Source: the human T2T-CHM13v2.0 reference genome, Homo sapiens. Taken from it: 64,000 nt of DNA. Below, piece by piece: positions 1 through 18,076 of this stretch. How positions within the stretch are numbered: position 1 is the first letter of the stretch; the number at the start of each line of letters is the position of its first letter. The translations under genes and the position numbers were made by a program. Below the pieces are notes generated by a model. That model had not been told where the DNA came from and searched no databases. It was given only the letters and a program-made list of their open reading frames with translations. The DNA lies in the NCBI GenBank assembly GCA_009914755.4, contig CP068257.2, positions 31,712,001 to 31,776,000 on the forward strand, written 5' to 3'.

Positions 1-223
<223 letters not shown>

Positions 224-604
224 TCACTTTCCCTGCAAGCTCTTCTTCCCCTTTCTGGGCAACATGTCCTTTTCTGCTTTAGGCACTCCATGCCCACTTT
301 ATTTTTCATGTTTGCCCCTTTTTTGAAAGGAAGAATCTAATATCACTTCAGCTTTCTGATTGGCCAGTTCCACTTCCAAAAATTTATTTGTTTATGTAAA
401 CATTTTCAGTTTTGTGGTTTCTGATGATGTAATAGAAGAAATTACGGAGACAGGCAAGCAGAAGGGATGGTTTGCTTTTGGAGAGGGCAGAGGAAACCTT
501 GAAACCATACTGATTCTGAGGTCTTTCTTAGGGAAGGTAAGTCTATTCATAGGAGGAGGTCAGAAGGGAATCATCAAATCCAATTCCCCAGTTTCTATTT
601 AATT

Positions 605-836
605 TTATTTTATTAGAGACAGGGTCTTGCTCGGTTGCTGAGGCTGGAGTGCAGTGATATGATCATAGCCTACTGCAGCCTGCAGCCTTGAACCCCTATG
701 CTCAAATGACCCTCTCACCTCAGCCTACCCAGTAGCTAGGACTGTGGGCATGTGCCACCATGCCCTGCTTTGCCTTTTTTTTTTTTTATTTCTCATAGAG
801 ACAGGGTTTGCTATGTTGACCAGGCTCCAAACTTTC
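605..836 (-). mobile_element. Alu SINE, partial (right arm plus part of left arm), antisense
   Basis: reverse-complement Alu blocks AGAGACAGGGTCTTGCTC..GAGGCTGGAGTGCAGTG and ..GTGCCACCATGCCC; middle T-run. Confidence 0.8.
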
Positions 837-1242
837 AATAAGGAAGATAAGATCCAGAAACACAAAATAGTTTACCAAAAGTCACACAGCTATTTTTAAC
901 AGAGCCAACATACTAAATCCACTTTTACCTTATGGGTCATTTATTTCTCTGCTTCCTGAAGCAACCACCCACAAAATTATATAAAGAACTGTATTTTAAA
1001 ATTCAGTTTCATAAGTAATAACTTGGCTTATATGCATTGAAAAAGAGTGGAAGGGTGTATGCTAAAATGTTAATAGGACATTAGCTCAAGTAGAAGAAAT
1101 AACTCTTAAACCAAAAATAGAAATAACTCTTAAACAAGAGTTATTAAGAGTTAAGAAATAACTCTTATACCAGTAAATAGAAAGTATTTGACACTTACAT
1201 TTATACATTTGCTCACTCATTCATTTGTTTTTTTTACTTTAA

Positions 1243-1500
<258 letters not shown>

Positions 1501-1927
1501 TGATGCAAAATCTAACATCTTTTAAAAAGAACAAAAATTCCCTTAAACCTATATCTTCTTCCTGCTATGGCTCCATTTGTCCTACTTTCCCTGTAGTAGT
1601 GGTTCTCAAAGAGTGATCCTCAAGGCCCTTTCAGGGGGCTGTAAAGACAAAGCTATATTTATGACAAATCTAAGACTTAGTTGCCTTTTTAATTTTTGTT
1701 CTTTCTTGTATTCACAGTGGAGTTTTCCAGAGGAGGCTGTTTGATGTGTGATGTGGTGATATGGTCACTGATTTAACATAGAATTCAATGTGAAATTCAT
1801 CTGCCTTCTTTATTAATCCAAACATTCAAAAGATTTGGAAAAAAAATGTAAAACAGCACCACTCTGAAGTTTCTATGTTCCTTTTGGCAAATGTTTGTTA
1901 CCATAAAATAGGTTTATCATTGTTATT

Positions 1928-2226
<299 letters not shown>

Positions 2227-2370
2227 CATTGTTATTTCTTAATGGATTAATTAGTTAAAATGGATTGAAAACTTTACCAGTTTTAATGTTTAATATGCTA
2301 ATATAAAAATATACAGCCCACATAAATAATGGCTGTTTGGGATTCTCGATAATTCCTTTAAGAATGTAAA

Positions 2371-2664
2371 GGAGCTGAGTGTAGTGGCCCACACCTGTAA
2401 TTCCAACACTTTGGGAGGCTGAGGTGGGAGGATCACTTGAGGCCAGAAGTTCAAGACCAACCTAGGCAACATAGTGAGACCCCATCTCTACAAAAAATAT
2501 ATAAAAATTAGCCAGGCATGGTGGTGCACACCTGTAGTCCCAGCTATTCAGGAAGCTGAAGAGGGAGGATCACTTGAGCCTGGGAGATCAAGGTTGCAGT
2601 GAGCTGTGTTTGTGCCACTGCACTCCAGCCTGAGCAACAGAGCTAGACCATATCTCAAAAAAAA
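2371..2664 (+). mobile_element. Alu SINE, older (AluJ/S-like), sense
   Basis: GGAGCTGAGTGTAGTGGCCCACACCTGTAATTCCAACACTTTGGGAGGCTGAGG ... CTCAAAAAAAA tail. Confidence 0.9.
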
Positions 2665-2795
2665 GTGGGGATCCTGAGACCAAAAGGTTTGAGAACCACT
2701 GCCCTGTACCAAGAATGATCTGTACTCCCTTTCTATACTAATCTTCCAATTCCCTGTCAGCCCTCTCCATTCAAATTCTGTTCCTCCTCACTTAA

Positions 2796-3186
<391 letters not shown>

Positions 3187-3200
3187 TCATCCCTCTGTAG

Positions 3201-3692
<492 letters not shown>

Positions 3693-3780
3693 TAATCGAT
3701 GTGAGAGAAAAATTAGGCGAATTAATCCTAAAATTTGACTTTATACTTTTTTAAAGAACCAACTTATATTTGTGTTATAG

Positions 3781-3942
<162 letters not shown>

Positions 3943-4118
3943 TAGATTCAATAAATATATAAACAGATTGTCAATTTTGGCATCTTCCCCATATTGCTGA
4001 AGTTTACATGATAGGTCAATATATGTTAAAAACATTGTAACATTTACATAAGCAAAATAAATGTTACTTGGGATTTTTGTCTCAAATAGTAATGAAAATT
4101 AATTCTACTTAAAAGTTC

Positions 4119-4488
<370 letters not shown>

Positions 4489-4881
4489 CTATGAGTTCTG
4501 CAAGTGGGAAGAAAAGGTGGGGAAGTAGTTGCTAGTAGACAAGTTATTGTTCAAGAAAGCATACCTTTGTAAGTGGAATGTTAAAATATGAAAGTATCCT
4601 GATACATTTAGTAACATCTTTCCAATAATTAAGGTCAAGGGCAGGAGCTGGGATTTGTTTATTTTAATTGTAAATTTCATATGCTTTTTTTTTTAATCAA
4701 ACATTACGGAAGGGTTTAAAGTGAAGTCGTCTTCTCCCTTCTTATCCCCAATTCCATTCACTAGAGATAAGCATTGCTTAGCAGTTTGTGTATATCCTTT
4801 CACAACTTTTTTCAGGATTTATGTAAGCATATACACAGACCCACAGTTTCTTGGGTTTTGTTTTTTAAAATTACAAAATAA

Positions 4882-5355
<474 letters not shown>

Positions 5356-5491
5356 TAGTATTACATAGTGTGAATACAAACCATATTTAACTATTACCTT
5401 ATAATGATAAAATGCGAGCCTTTATCTTCTTGCCAGTTATCTCACTTGAGTAAAAATGTGTGCTTTTTTTTATCTGTTCTTTGGCTTCTAG

Positions 5492-5606
5492 TTGAAAATG
5501 AACTACCTCCACCAGAAAATATAGAAGTCAGTGTCCAAAATCAGAACTATGTTCTTAAATGGGATTATACATATGCAAACATGACCTTTCAAGTTCAGTG
5601 GCTCCA
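5492..5606 (+). CDS. IFNAR1: IFNAR1 coding exon 6 (115 bp), first half of SD3: (V)[37 protein letters not shown](H)
   Basis: Acceptor cttctAG|TTGAAAATG at 5490-5491; G3922+TT gives Val. Donor CTCCA|GTAAGT at 5607 (phase 2). ORF 5404-5610. Confidence 0.95.
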
Positions 5607-6182
5607 GTAAGTTCCATTCCATAAATTTCCTTTTGCCCAGTTTGTTTTGATTATGCTTCTTTTCGCTCTGCATCAGTCACCAGGTCCTTGCACACAGAAT
5701 GACCGACTGGGAGGTGGGTACGATATATTGGAAACGTGAGAAATCTCATTTCTAACCCCAGTTCTGCCAGTAACTAACTGGATGACATTGAGCTAATCGC
5801 TTAACCTCCATGGGCCTCAATTTCTTCACTTGTAAAATAGATGGATTCTAATATCTGGGGTTCTTACTGGCTTAAGAAAAAAAAGAAAGTGTAACTAGTT
5901 GCATGTGTTATTTCCCCAATCTGGAAGACTCGACAGTTGACCCTGATCTTTTTCTAAGAACTCACTTCTTCCATGAGTCCTTAAAATGATCTCAGTCCAC
6001 TCACTTGTTCAATTCAAAAAATTAGCCTTCCTATTTTCTTTATTACTTTAGTGGTTTTGACAAAATTTTGTAGTAGATACTTCGGTGGGAAAGAAAGTTG
6101 GAAAGAACTATGTTCTATGTGGTTGAGCAGAGGCTAGCTAAACATGGATGAAGTCCAGGCGCTGCATAAATGAAAGAGAACT

Positions 6183-6345
6183 GGCCTGGTGCAGTGGCGC
6201 ATGCCTATCGTCCCAGCTACTCAGTGGGCTGAGGCAGGAGGATTACTTGAGGCCAGGAATTGAGGCTGCAGTGTTGTATGATCACACCTGCTAGTAGCCG
6301 CTGCACTGCAGCCTGGGCAACATAGTGAGACCCCCATCTCTAAGC
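6183..6345 (+). mobile_element. Free Alu right-monomer-like fragment
   Basis: GGCCTGGTGCAGTGGCGCATGCCTATCGTCCCAGCTACTCAG..GCTGAGGCAGGAGGATTACTTGAGGCCAGGAATTGAGGCTGCAGTG...CTGCACTGCAGCCTGGGCAACATAGTGAGACCC with no left monomer. Confidence 0.7.
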
Positions 6346-6394
6346 ATTAAAATTTTTAAAAAGCTGATAAAAGAGAACTGCATGTAGTTTATAT

Positions 6395-6615
6395 TGATTG
6401 GAAAATTGTAGGAGATGAATAGAGAAAAGAGAAGAGGAAAATTAAGTAGAAGGAAAAATGGGTTATGGGGAGAAAAGAGATGGAAAGAAAGATATACATT
6501 GGTGGCAGAGGAGTAGAGAGAGCAAAGGCAAGTATAGCTAAGACAGGAAAGGAAAAGTCAGAAGAAACTGGAAAGAAACAGAAAAAATGAGGGAGAAGGG
6601 AAGTGTAAGTACCGC
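6395..6615 (+). repeat. ~220-bp strongly purine-biased (GA-rich) low-complexity tract in IFNAR1 intron 6
   Basis: agagaaaagagaagaggaaaattaagtagaaggaaaaatggg...ggaaaggaaaagtcagaagaaactggaaagaaacagaaaaaatgagggagaagggaag. Confidence 0.7.
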
Positions 6616-7366
6616 TATGATCAATTTCTATCTTTTAGTGTTAATTTTGAACCAAGGGTGACTGGTAGAATGCAAATGCATTTATGTGCATATGTGCCCC
6701 ACAATGCATATATAACCTCACAAACCAATCAGGAAACTGTTCAGTAGTCTTTTGTGTATACCTCACTTTCAGAAGTGAATAAATAATAGGGTCACCAAAT
6801 AGATAATGAGAGGTATTTCTGATAGCTGATCTCTAAGCTTCTTTTGGGTACTTACCATATTGTACAAAGCACTGAAGAAATGGAAAGAGTCAGCAGAATC
6901 AAACGTGGTTCAAAAATTGAAAGCAGTTAGCCAACATTGCAAAGTGTTGTGTGGTTTAGGACTAAAGAGTGGTATACAAATTATAAGGGTTGCAGAAATT
7001 GAAAATGTAAAGGTGAATAGGGGCTAAAGAGACCAAAGAAGCCATAAGGAAAGAGATAAGGTATGAACAAGGCCTTGATTGTTAATTCAGATTTTTTTTA
7101 AGTAGACAACTATTAGATGTTAGTTTTCTGTGTCTGTAACTAATTACCACAGACTTAGCAACTTAAACAGCTGTTTATTGTCTCAAAGTTTCTGTGAGTC
7201 AGGAGTCCAAGCGTGGCTTAGCTGGCTCTTCTGCTAAGCAGTCAAGGAGTCAGTCATTCATACAAGACTTGGGGGCCGCTCCCAAGCTCACATGTTGTTG
7301 GCAGAATTTATTTCTAGAGCTCATGGTGGCTCACTTCTTAGAGGCCATCAGGAAGGGAGAGTCTGA

Positions 7367-7810
<444 letters not shown>

Positions 7811-8796
7811 CTAGATCCTCTTTTAAGGGGTTCATCTGATTAGGTCAGGCCCACCCAGAATAGTCTCTCATTTGATTCAACTGATTTGGGACCTTAATTA
7901 CATCTGTGAAATACCTTCTCTTCTGCCACTTAATGTAACCTAATTATGAGAGGAGGGCCTCCATCGTATTTACAGGTCCTGCCCATGCTCAAGAGGAGGG
8001 GATTATACAGGATGTGTACACCAGGGGGCAGGAATCTTGGGGGCCATCTCAGAATTTTGCCTTCTCCAGTGGGGAGGATGTCCTTCTAGAGTAGCAGAAC
8101 ATTTGGACACCAGGTGGCAATGGGAAGAAAGCTGAATAAGTAGAATGGGACAAGATTAGGGTCAACCTCAGGCTGTCCTGTAGGCTTTTGGGGATTTTGT
8201 GTTGGGGTGATAGTTAACCTGAGCTCTGGATTTGAGGAAGGTGCATGCGGCGACATGGTATGTGGGAGAGTGGACTAAGGAGACACTAAAGAGAGATAAG
8301 GAAACCAGTCAGGAGGCTATTAGAGTTCTGGGCTTGAACTGAGATGCTTTTAGCTGTTGGTTTCTGGGCAAGTTACTTAACCTCTTTAGTCTCGTACTTA
8401 TACTTGCTCTTATAACCCCGCAGTGTGTCTCTATTTTAGCACTTAATCAGTGTCCATTGGTATGCTGGCGCATGTTTAGCAGCTGGCTTTCCAGAAAGAA
8501 AAAGTCCTATTTTGTAGTGTTTGCTGATTTTTATGATATAAATATTCCCACCATGGCCACTTTCAAGCCACCAGCCTGATGTCCCTGAATATGGAGTTGG
8601 GAACATATGCACAGTAGCACACCACTATCATATAGCTACAATAGATAAAGATAGCCCCAAGAGCTTAGAAAATAAAATGTAGTAAAATAATTAGGACAAG
8701 ATGAATTTATTTATTACCTCTGTCTTTAAAACAATTTTTTATTTGCAAATTTATATAACTTAATTTTTAGTAATGGTTTTTCTTTAAAAACCAGTT

Positions 8797-9070
8797 TGTA
8801 TTTTAGGAGGCCGAGGTAGGTGGATCACCTGAGGTCAGGAGTTCAAGACCAGCCTGGCCAACATGACGAAACCCCATCTCTACTAAAAATACAAAAATTA
8901 GGCAGGCCTGGTGGCGTGCACCTGTAATCCCAGCTACTCAGGGGGACAGAGGCAGGAGAATTGCTTGAACCCAGGAGGCAGAGGTTGCAGTGAGCCAAGA
9001 TCCTACCACTCCACTCCAGCCTGGGTGACAGAGCGAGACTCGGTCTCAAAAAAAAAGCCAAAAAAAATAA
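8797..9070 (+). mobile_element. Alu SINE, 5' truncated, sense
   Basis: GGAGGCCGAGGTAGGTGGATCACCTGAGGTCAGGAGTTCAAGACCAGCCTGGCCAACATGACGAAACCCC...CTCAAAAAAAAAGCCAAAAAAAA. Confidence 0.88.
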
Positions 9071-9335
9071 ACCAGCTTGCAGCATTCCTGGAAATTCTAA
9101 CTAACAGATGTTCTTGCATATTGATATGAGCCACCTCCAGCAGAGCACAACATGACCACAGTCTGGAACAGTCTTTGGTTTTCTTTTATGTTAGATGCAT
9201 ATCTCTTCCATTGTTTGTGAGTTTCCTGAGTGTGGATACTATTTATTTCTGTAACCTTAGCCCCTAACATAGTGTCTGGCAATTGTAAATACTTAATAAA
9301 TATCTAATGAATTTAAAAAATATTTGTCTTAAAAG

Positions 9336-9535
9336 CGCCTTTTTAAAAAGGAATCCTGGAAACCATTTGTATAAATGGAAACAAATACCTGACTGTGAAA
9401 ATGTCAAAACTACCCAGTGTGTCTTTCCTCAAAACGTTTTCCAAAAAGGAATTTACCTTCTCCGCGTACAAGCATCTGATGGAAATAACACATCTTTTTG
9501 GTCTGAAGAGATAAAGTTTGATACTGAAATACAAG
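9336..9535 (+). CDS. IFNAR1: IFNAR1 coding exon 7 (200 bp), second half of SD3: (H)[66 protein letters not shown](A)
   Basis: Acceptor ttaaaAG|CGCC at 9334-9335; CA5605-5606 + C9336 gives His. Donor CAAG|GTAAGG at 9536 (phase 1). ORF 9307-9633. Confidence 0.95.
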
Positions 9536-9605
9536 GTAAGGCAGTAGTTTTTACTGGAGATTGTAATTCTCTGGTGCAAGTTTTTAAAATTGTTTTTCTA
9601 ATTGA

Positions 9606-9815
<210 letters not shown>

Positions 9816-9892
9816 TAACTTAGAGTTATAATTATGATTTGGGTAAATAAAGCTTGAATGTAAAATTTGGGGGAAATTTTTAAACTTTATGT

Positions 9893-10179
9893 GGGCTGGA
9901 TGCAGTGGCCTGTAATCCCAGCACTTCAGGAGGCCAAGGCGAGAGGATCACTTGAGCCTAAGGGTTTGAGACCAGCCTGGGCAACATAGGGAGACCCTGT
10001 CTCAATAAAAATTTTAAAAAATTAGCCTGGTGTGGTGGCGTGCACCTATATTCCCAGCTACTTGGGGTGGGAGGGTCACTTGAACCTGGGAGGTCAAGGC
10101 TGCAGTGAGCCATGATCGTGCCACTGCACTCCAGCCTGGGTGACAGAGTGACTGACAGCTTGTCTTTAAAAAAAAAAAA
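9893..10179 (+). mobile_element. Alu SINE, full length, older
   Basis: GGGCTGGATGCAGTGGCCTGTAATCCCAGCACTTCAGGAGGCCAAGG...CTGGGTGACAGAGTGACTGACAGCTTGTCTTTAAAAAAAAAAAA. Confidence 0.88.
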
Positions 10180-11755
10180 TGTGATTAACTCAGATATTAA
10201 CAAAATGAAGATTATGAGCATTTTTCATGTTTTGCACTGTAGAGTTATGGGTGAGCTGCATCTGGGCCCCAGTTTGCTTTTAAAATACAGATTCCTGAGC
10301 CTATTGTTACTGAATCATTATCTCTGGGGATGGAACTCAGGAATTTGCATTTTTAACATGATTCCCATGTATTCATCTAAACCTGGGATTCTCAGCACTA
10401 TTGACGTTTGGGCTGGATAGTTCCTTGGGAGGGGGCTGTCCAGTGCAGTGCAGGATGCTTGGCAACATTCTGGTTTCTGCCTACTAGATGCCAGTAGTGT
10501 TCCTTCCTAGTTGTGACAACCAAAAACATCTTCAGATATTGTCAAATGTCCCCTGGTGGCTCCTCCAAGGGGACAAAAATTGGTTCTTATGGGACAAAAG
10601 AATTTATGTAGTACAGTTGTTTGTTTTCCTCCAAAACCATTGGAAAGCATTCTTCCAAAGTTCAGCTTTGCCCAACAAAATCTTATTCCTTAGTATTTAA
10701 TTTTATGATGGGGGAAGGATTAGGAAAAAATTGCCCAAAAAGTTGTTTAGTTGGGGAGGTAATGAAAAAAGGGTTGACAAACACTGGTCTAAACCCTAAA
10801 ATTCAGATACCACTGACAAAGATAATATATACCGTCAGATAATATACGTGTTTCCCAGATCACTTCCCCCTCGTGGACTTGTAGTCAAGAATCGACCTTT
10901 AAAACTCCTGTCCAGTCAGGCTGGTAAATTCTTTAACTTCACCTCATTTTCTATTGGAAATCTAAGCAAATTCCATTGATTTGGCTGCTTCCCTTTTTAA
11001 TTGTCTGACAACCCTGTAACCATAGCTTAATGTAGCCCATTGAGAATTATGGTCGGTTTTCAGATGTCTGTAGATCAGACAAACCTAAATTTCTATCTCA
11101 CTGCTAAACTGTGTAACCTTACGTACGCAGGGTGCTTTACCTCTTGGAGACTTTGCTTCCTCTTCTCTGAAGTGGTGGTAATCATAACAACTAAATTTTT
11201 CAAAAGGATGTTTATAAGGTTTAAAAGGAAGTAACAAATATGAAAATACCTAGCACATTGCTGGACAAGTAGTAGAGATTCAATAAATTGTAGTTGCCAT
11301 CTTAACCTATACTGGATAATATATCAATAATTGTTACTATAGAAACTCTTATTGAATACTTATATGTAAGGTACTATGCTAAGTATTGTACATGAATTGT
11401 CTCAGTCATTCTTCAAAACAACCCTGCCGGATTATGTGATTGGTTACATTGCTGTTTGGCAAATACTTGGGACGGTGACTTCTTCCCTGCACCACCAGAC
11501 CGTAGATGCTGGAGCCCAAGTAGATGTGCTGAGAACAGAGGCCTTAAGTGTGCTTGCAGGGTTTGGCTTGGCTCTTGCACTGCTCCTATTTGCCAGGAAT
11601 AAAATGTATTCCACATAGTCTCTGGTCCAAGGAGGATTAGAGGCTGCTGGAGCTGACCTAAACCCCATGCACAGCCTCCGTGGGAGCTGCCCAGCCAGTC
11701 TGTAGACTTGTGAGTGAGAAACTACATAATCGTTTTGTGAGCCACTGAACGTTAA

Positions 11756-12233
<478 letters not shown>

Positions 12234-12543
12234 TTGTTAGACATTATTCTGGCGATAGCTGACTGATACAGATAGCAGCAATAACTGTCCCGATTTTATA
12301 GATCAGGGAATCAGGTAGAGAGAAATTAAATAATGCTTGCAAGACCACACAGCTGTAAGTGATACTCTTAATAAGGCAGTTTGAGGCCAAAACCCCTACT
12401 CTTAACCATTCTGTCACTAATCAGAGGTAATACAATGGCAATTACCCCAGACTTGGCATGTACTTGTAAATCAATTAGAATTCTCTTAGGAATAGATCAT
12501 ATGCTTTTTTGGCAGCAGCATTTTTAACTTTCTGATTTGGTTA

Positions 12544-12885
<342 letters not shown>

Positions 12886-13002
12886 ATACCAACTACGTGG
12901 GAGAGGCCAATGTTAGACTGAACATAAAAAATTGAGAAAGCACATATTCCCTGATTTCTTGAGGTGACTAAATTTTATCAGTGATTTAATTATATTTTCT
13001 AG

Positions 13003-13185
<183 letters not shown>

Positions 13186-13882
13186 TAGCTAGACATAATA
13201 AAAGTAATTCTATACTGTACATTGAAAATTGTAAAACATTTTCTCTTTACTGCAAAAAATATATAGAAAGAATGTTTTCTTCATGAACTACATGAATCAA
13301 AAGTAGACTTTTTAGAAAATATTTGTAACGCTTAACTCTCAAGTCGGTGTTGTTGGATGCTTTATATTTCATCCAGTATCCCTATAATTAATTTCCTTAA
13401 TGTATTGCTCTTTAACATTTAATAAAACTATTTTAAATTTTTAGAATATAATCCTTAACATAATTATCATGTAGAAATCACTTAGTTCAATTGTGAGTTT
13501 TTTAATGTGGGAATTGGTTTAGTCTCATTTTCTATTTTACAGTTTCTAGTGTTGACCGGTAGAGGCTTAGTCACAGAATATCTATTAAATTTTGCTAGTT
13601 GTATGGTGTAAAAGTGCTGAAGGATACTTGCATGTTTGGCCTGTATGTCAATATTGTATTTCTCCCTGAGGATCTCTTACTTCAGTTCCCACGCCAATCT
13701 TTAAATGTAAATGTCATTGCCTATGGTTGCTGTGGACTCAGTGCTACCAGAAATATTTTTAAGAGTATTATTTAATAGATTTTATATTTCCTTTCATATG
13801 GCTAGTCTTTCACACAGCTGTCAGCACTGTTAAGGCATTTGTATGTCAAAATATATGCTAAATATCACGTATATCTTTTTAG

Positions 13883-14028
13883 GAAATACCTCTAAAATTT
13901 GGCTTATAGTTGGAATTTGTATTGCATTATTTGCTCTCCCGTTTGTCATTTATGCTGCGAAAGTCTTCTTGAGATGCATCAATTATGTCTTCTTTCCATC
14001 ACTTAAACCTTCTTCCAGTATAGATGAG
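13883..14028 (+). CDS. IFNAR1: IFNAR1 coding exon 10 (146 bp): juxtamembrane, transmembrane helix [21 protein letters not shown] and membrane-proximal cytoplasmic region ...[13 protein letters not shown]
   Basis: Acceptor tctttttAG|GAAATACC at 13881-13882. Donor GATGAG|GTATGT at 14029 (phase 0). ORF 13843-14064. Confidence 0.95.
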
Positions 14029-14283
14029 GTATGTTACTTTTTTTATTTTTTTGTCAACAGCTAGGAAATGAACAGAAAATGTGTTTGATTTCAACAGGAT
14101 ATATGTAGGTTTTCTTGATATCCAGAAAATAATAGAGACTGATTTGGGTATCTTCTTCAAAGCTTTAGTCAATTAACTTTAAAAACAGTAATTTCATGTA
14201 ATAACATAGCATGAGATAGTAATGATTGTCCTTAATTTCATATTTTTCTGGCAATTCCTAGATTCACTGTGGCATTTGTTTTA

Positions 14284-14652
<369 letters not shown>

Positions 14653-15560
14653 TCAATTTGTGATGCGTTTGTCAGAACGTAATTCCATTGTAAGTTAGGA
14701 GCATCTGTATATATCCAGAAGACTAAAATATTCTATCAGCGTAGAAAGTATATTCTATGGATGAAATCATACAAAATGAAATAACTAAAAACATGAGACT
14801 TTTTTTATGACACACATCACAGTTTTTTGTTTGGCACTTCTATGAAGCTAGCATATTAAATGAAAGCACTGAATGGTGAAGGCCTAAACATAGAATCTGT
14901 TCCTGGGAAACCATGTGCTCATCTAGGGTGGGTTTTGTGAATTTGAGCAAGTCACTAAGGGCAGGTAAGCAAGTACCCTTGGCTGTAAACCACCCCATAG
15001 AGGTGTTAGGAGCAAAGGAGTTAAACCATAAGAACCTTACCACTCTAAAAATGCTCCGTAAATATTAACAATTTTACTATTATACCCCTGAGTTTTTAAA
15101 TGTCATTCCTGTGTACTGTAATATTCATAGCTATTATTTAAAATAGACTTAAAAACTAGTTACAATAGCTAATAATTTCTCAATTGTGCTGCTTCTGGAT
15201 ATATATGTGTTGGATACAAACATTTTTATTATTTCAAAAAAAAAAAGTCATGATCCCAGAGTCCGCCCGCTCCTGTCCTTTCCCGTGTTCTTCCCCGCCT
15301 ACCCCGATGGCACAGTGTACCTTTCTTAGGTACTCTTCAAAGACTCACCACAGAAGGTACTAAGATATGAGTGACCTCACTAATGATGCTTTTAAACATT
15401 ATAAGGCAATTAGTATGTTCTTAGGCGACTTTTTAATATGCATGCCAGAAGATAGGTTTTCTCAGTAATGGATGTAAGAAACTAAAGCTATTACAACTAG
15501 AAAAGGAATTTTTATTATTTTAAATAATTGATTTCTACTCTTTCCCTTTTTTTAAATTAG

Positions 15561-15794
15561 TATTTCTCTGAACAGCCATTGAAGAATCTTCTGCTTTCAA
15601 CTTCTGAGGAACAAATCGAAAAATGTTTCATAATTGAAAATATAAGCACAATTGCTACAGTAGAAGAAACTAATCAAACTGATGAAGATCATAAAAAATA
15701 CAGTTCCCAAACTAGCCAAGATTCAGGAAATTATTCTAATGAAGATGAAAGCGAAAGTAAAACAAGTGAAGAACTACAGCAGGACTTTGTATGA
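15561..15794 (+). CDS. IFNAR1: IFNAR1 last coding exon (exon 11 CDS part, 234 bp incl. TGA): [77 protein letters not shown]
   Basis: Acceptor aaattAG|TATTTCTCTGAACAG at 15559-15560. Stop TGA at 15792-15794. Contains the DSGNYS phosphodegron motif. ORF 15579-15794. Confidence 0.95.
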   Translation, partial: YFSEQPLKNLLLSTSEEQIEKCFIIENISTIATVEETNQTDEDHKKYSSQTSQDSGNYSNEDESESKTSEELQQDFV

Positions 15795-15979
15795 CCAGAA
15801 ATGAACTGTGTCAAGTATAAGGTTTTTCAGCAGGAGTTACACTGGGAGCCTGAGGTCCTCACCTTCCTCTCAGTAACTACAGAGAGGACGTTTCCCTGTT
15901 TAGGGAAAGAAAAAACATCTTCAGATCATAGGTCCTAAAAATACGGGCAAGCTCTTAACTATTTAAAAATGAAATTACA

Positions 15980-16292
<313 letters not shown>

Positions 16293-17775
16293 CTACATTC
16301 TTTTCCATGTGTAAAATCATGAAAAAGCCTGTCACCGGACTTGCATTGGATGAGATGAGTCAGACCAAAACAGTGGCCACCCGTCTTCCTCCTGTGAGCC
16401 TAAGTGCAGCCGTGCTAGCTGCGCACCGTGGCTAAGGATGACGTCTGTGTTCCTGTCCATCACTGATGCTGCTGGCTACTGCATGTGCCACACCTGTCTG
16501 TTCGCCATTCCTAACATTCTGTTTCATTCTTCCTCGGGAGATATTTCAAACATTTGGTCTTTTCTTTTAACACTGAGGGTAGGCCCTTAGGAAATTTATT
16601 TAGGAAAGTCTGAACACGTTATCACTTGGTTTTCTGGAAAGTAGCTTACCCTAGAAAACAGCTGCAAATGCCAGAAAGATGATCCCTAAAAATGTTGAGG
16701 GACTTCTGTTCATTCATCCCGAGAACATTGGCTTCCACATCACAGTATCTACCCTTACATGGTTTAGGATTAAAGCCAGGCAATCTTTTACTATGCATTA
16801 AGACCTCTGATTCAAAACTTATTAGAACAGTAGCTTCTGCTGGAATTTGCAATCACTGAAGTCATAGAAAATAGGTAACTATCTAATTAGAGAAATAATT
16901 GTTGTATTTTAAGATCTGAGAGTGTGTACAAGTTTTAGTATACATGCCATGCCAGAAGATAGTGTATGCAAGAAGTCTTGGGACCAGAAAATGGCAATGA
17001 TAGGAGACTGACATAGAAGAAGAATGCTTCCCTAGGAAAAAGGTCGCTGGCTTTGGTGCAAGAGGAAGAAGAATGTTCCACTGGAAGCCTGAGCACCTAA
17101 TCAGCTCTCAGTGATCAACCCACTCTTGTTATGGGTGGTCTCTGTCACTTTGAATGCCAGGCTGGCTTCTCGTCTAGCAGTATTCAGATACCCCTTCTGC
17201 TCAGCCTGCTTGGCGTTAAAATACAAATCATTGAACTGAGGGGGAAAAATGTAACTAGGAAGAAAAACCCAATTTAAGAAATTACATAATGCTTTCCAAA
17301 GGCACCTACAACTTAGTTTTAAATTACTTGCTACTGGGGATTACCCATGGATATCCTTAATAGGCAGGAAGTCTGGGAATTCTGGTGGCCTCTAGGGCAG
17401 TGTTCTCACAGCACCGTTCCGACAGGGACCAGTGAAAGAAAAGAGACAAAGTTAGAACGTGCTGGGGAGCGGCCATTTCTAAGGCCAGTCTGGTTTAAGT
17501 AGTCATTTCTGCTGAAAAAACAGATGATCCTGGTGGAAGAAAAGGTTGAAGGCAGCTGCCCTCGGGAGGGCTGTGATGCTCGGCACATCCTGCCTGGCAC
17601 ATACACGTGTCTGCAGGCCACACCGTGCATGTCCCCAGACCTGCCGCCTGGCTTCTGGAGTGCTTCAAGCAGAGCATGGTGGGTCATTGAGGAGACCCAG
17701 GAATCTCATCTGAGAACCCACTCTCTGCCGGAGAACCCCATGGTGACACATTTTCATCTTTCTGACCAGAGGCTG

Positions 17776-18076
17776 TTTTTTTTTTTTTTTGAGACAGTCT
17801 CATTCTGTTGCCCAGGCTGGAGTGCAGTGGCTTGATCTCGGCTCACTGCAACCTCGCCTCCCGGGTTCAAGCAATTCTCTGCCGCAGCCTCCAGAGTAGC
17901 TGGGATAACAGGTGCCCACCACCACACCCCACTAATTTTTGTATTTGTATTTTTAGTAGAGATGGGGTTTCACCATGTTGGTCAGGCTGGTCTTGGACTC
18001 CTGACCTCATGCTCCACCCGCTTCGGCCTCCCAAAGTTCTGGGATTACAGGTGTGAGCCACCGTGCACGGCCGGCC
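17776..18076 (-). mobile_element. Alu SINE, antisense, inside the IFNAR1 3'UTR
   Basis: poly-T 17776-17791, GAGACAGTCTCATTCTGTTGCCCAGGCTGGAGTGCAGTGGC...GGTGTGAGCCACCGTGCACGGCCGGCC. Confidence 0.9.
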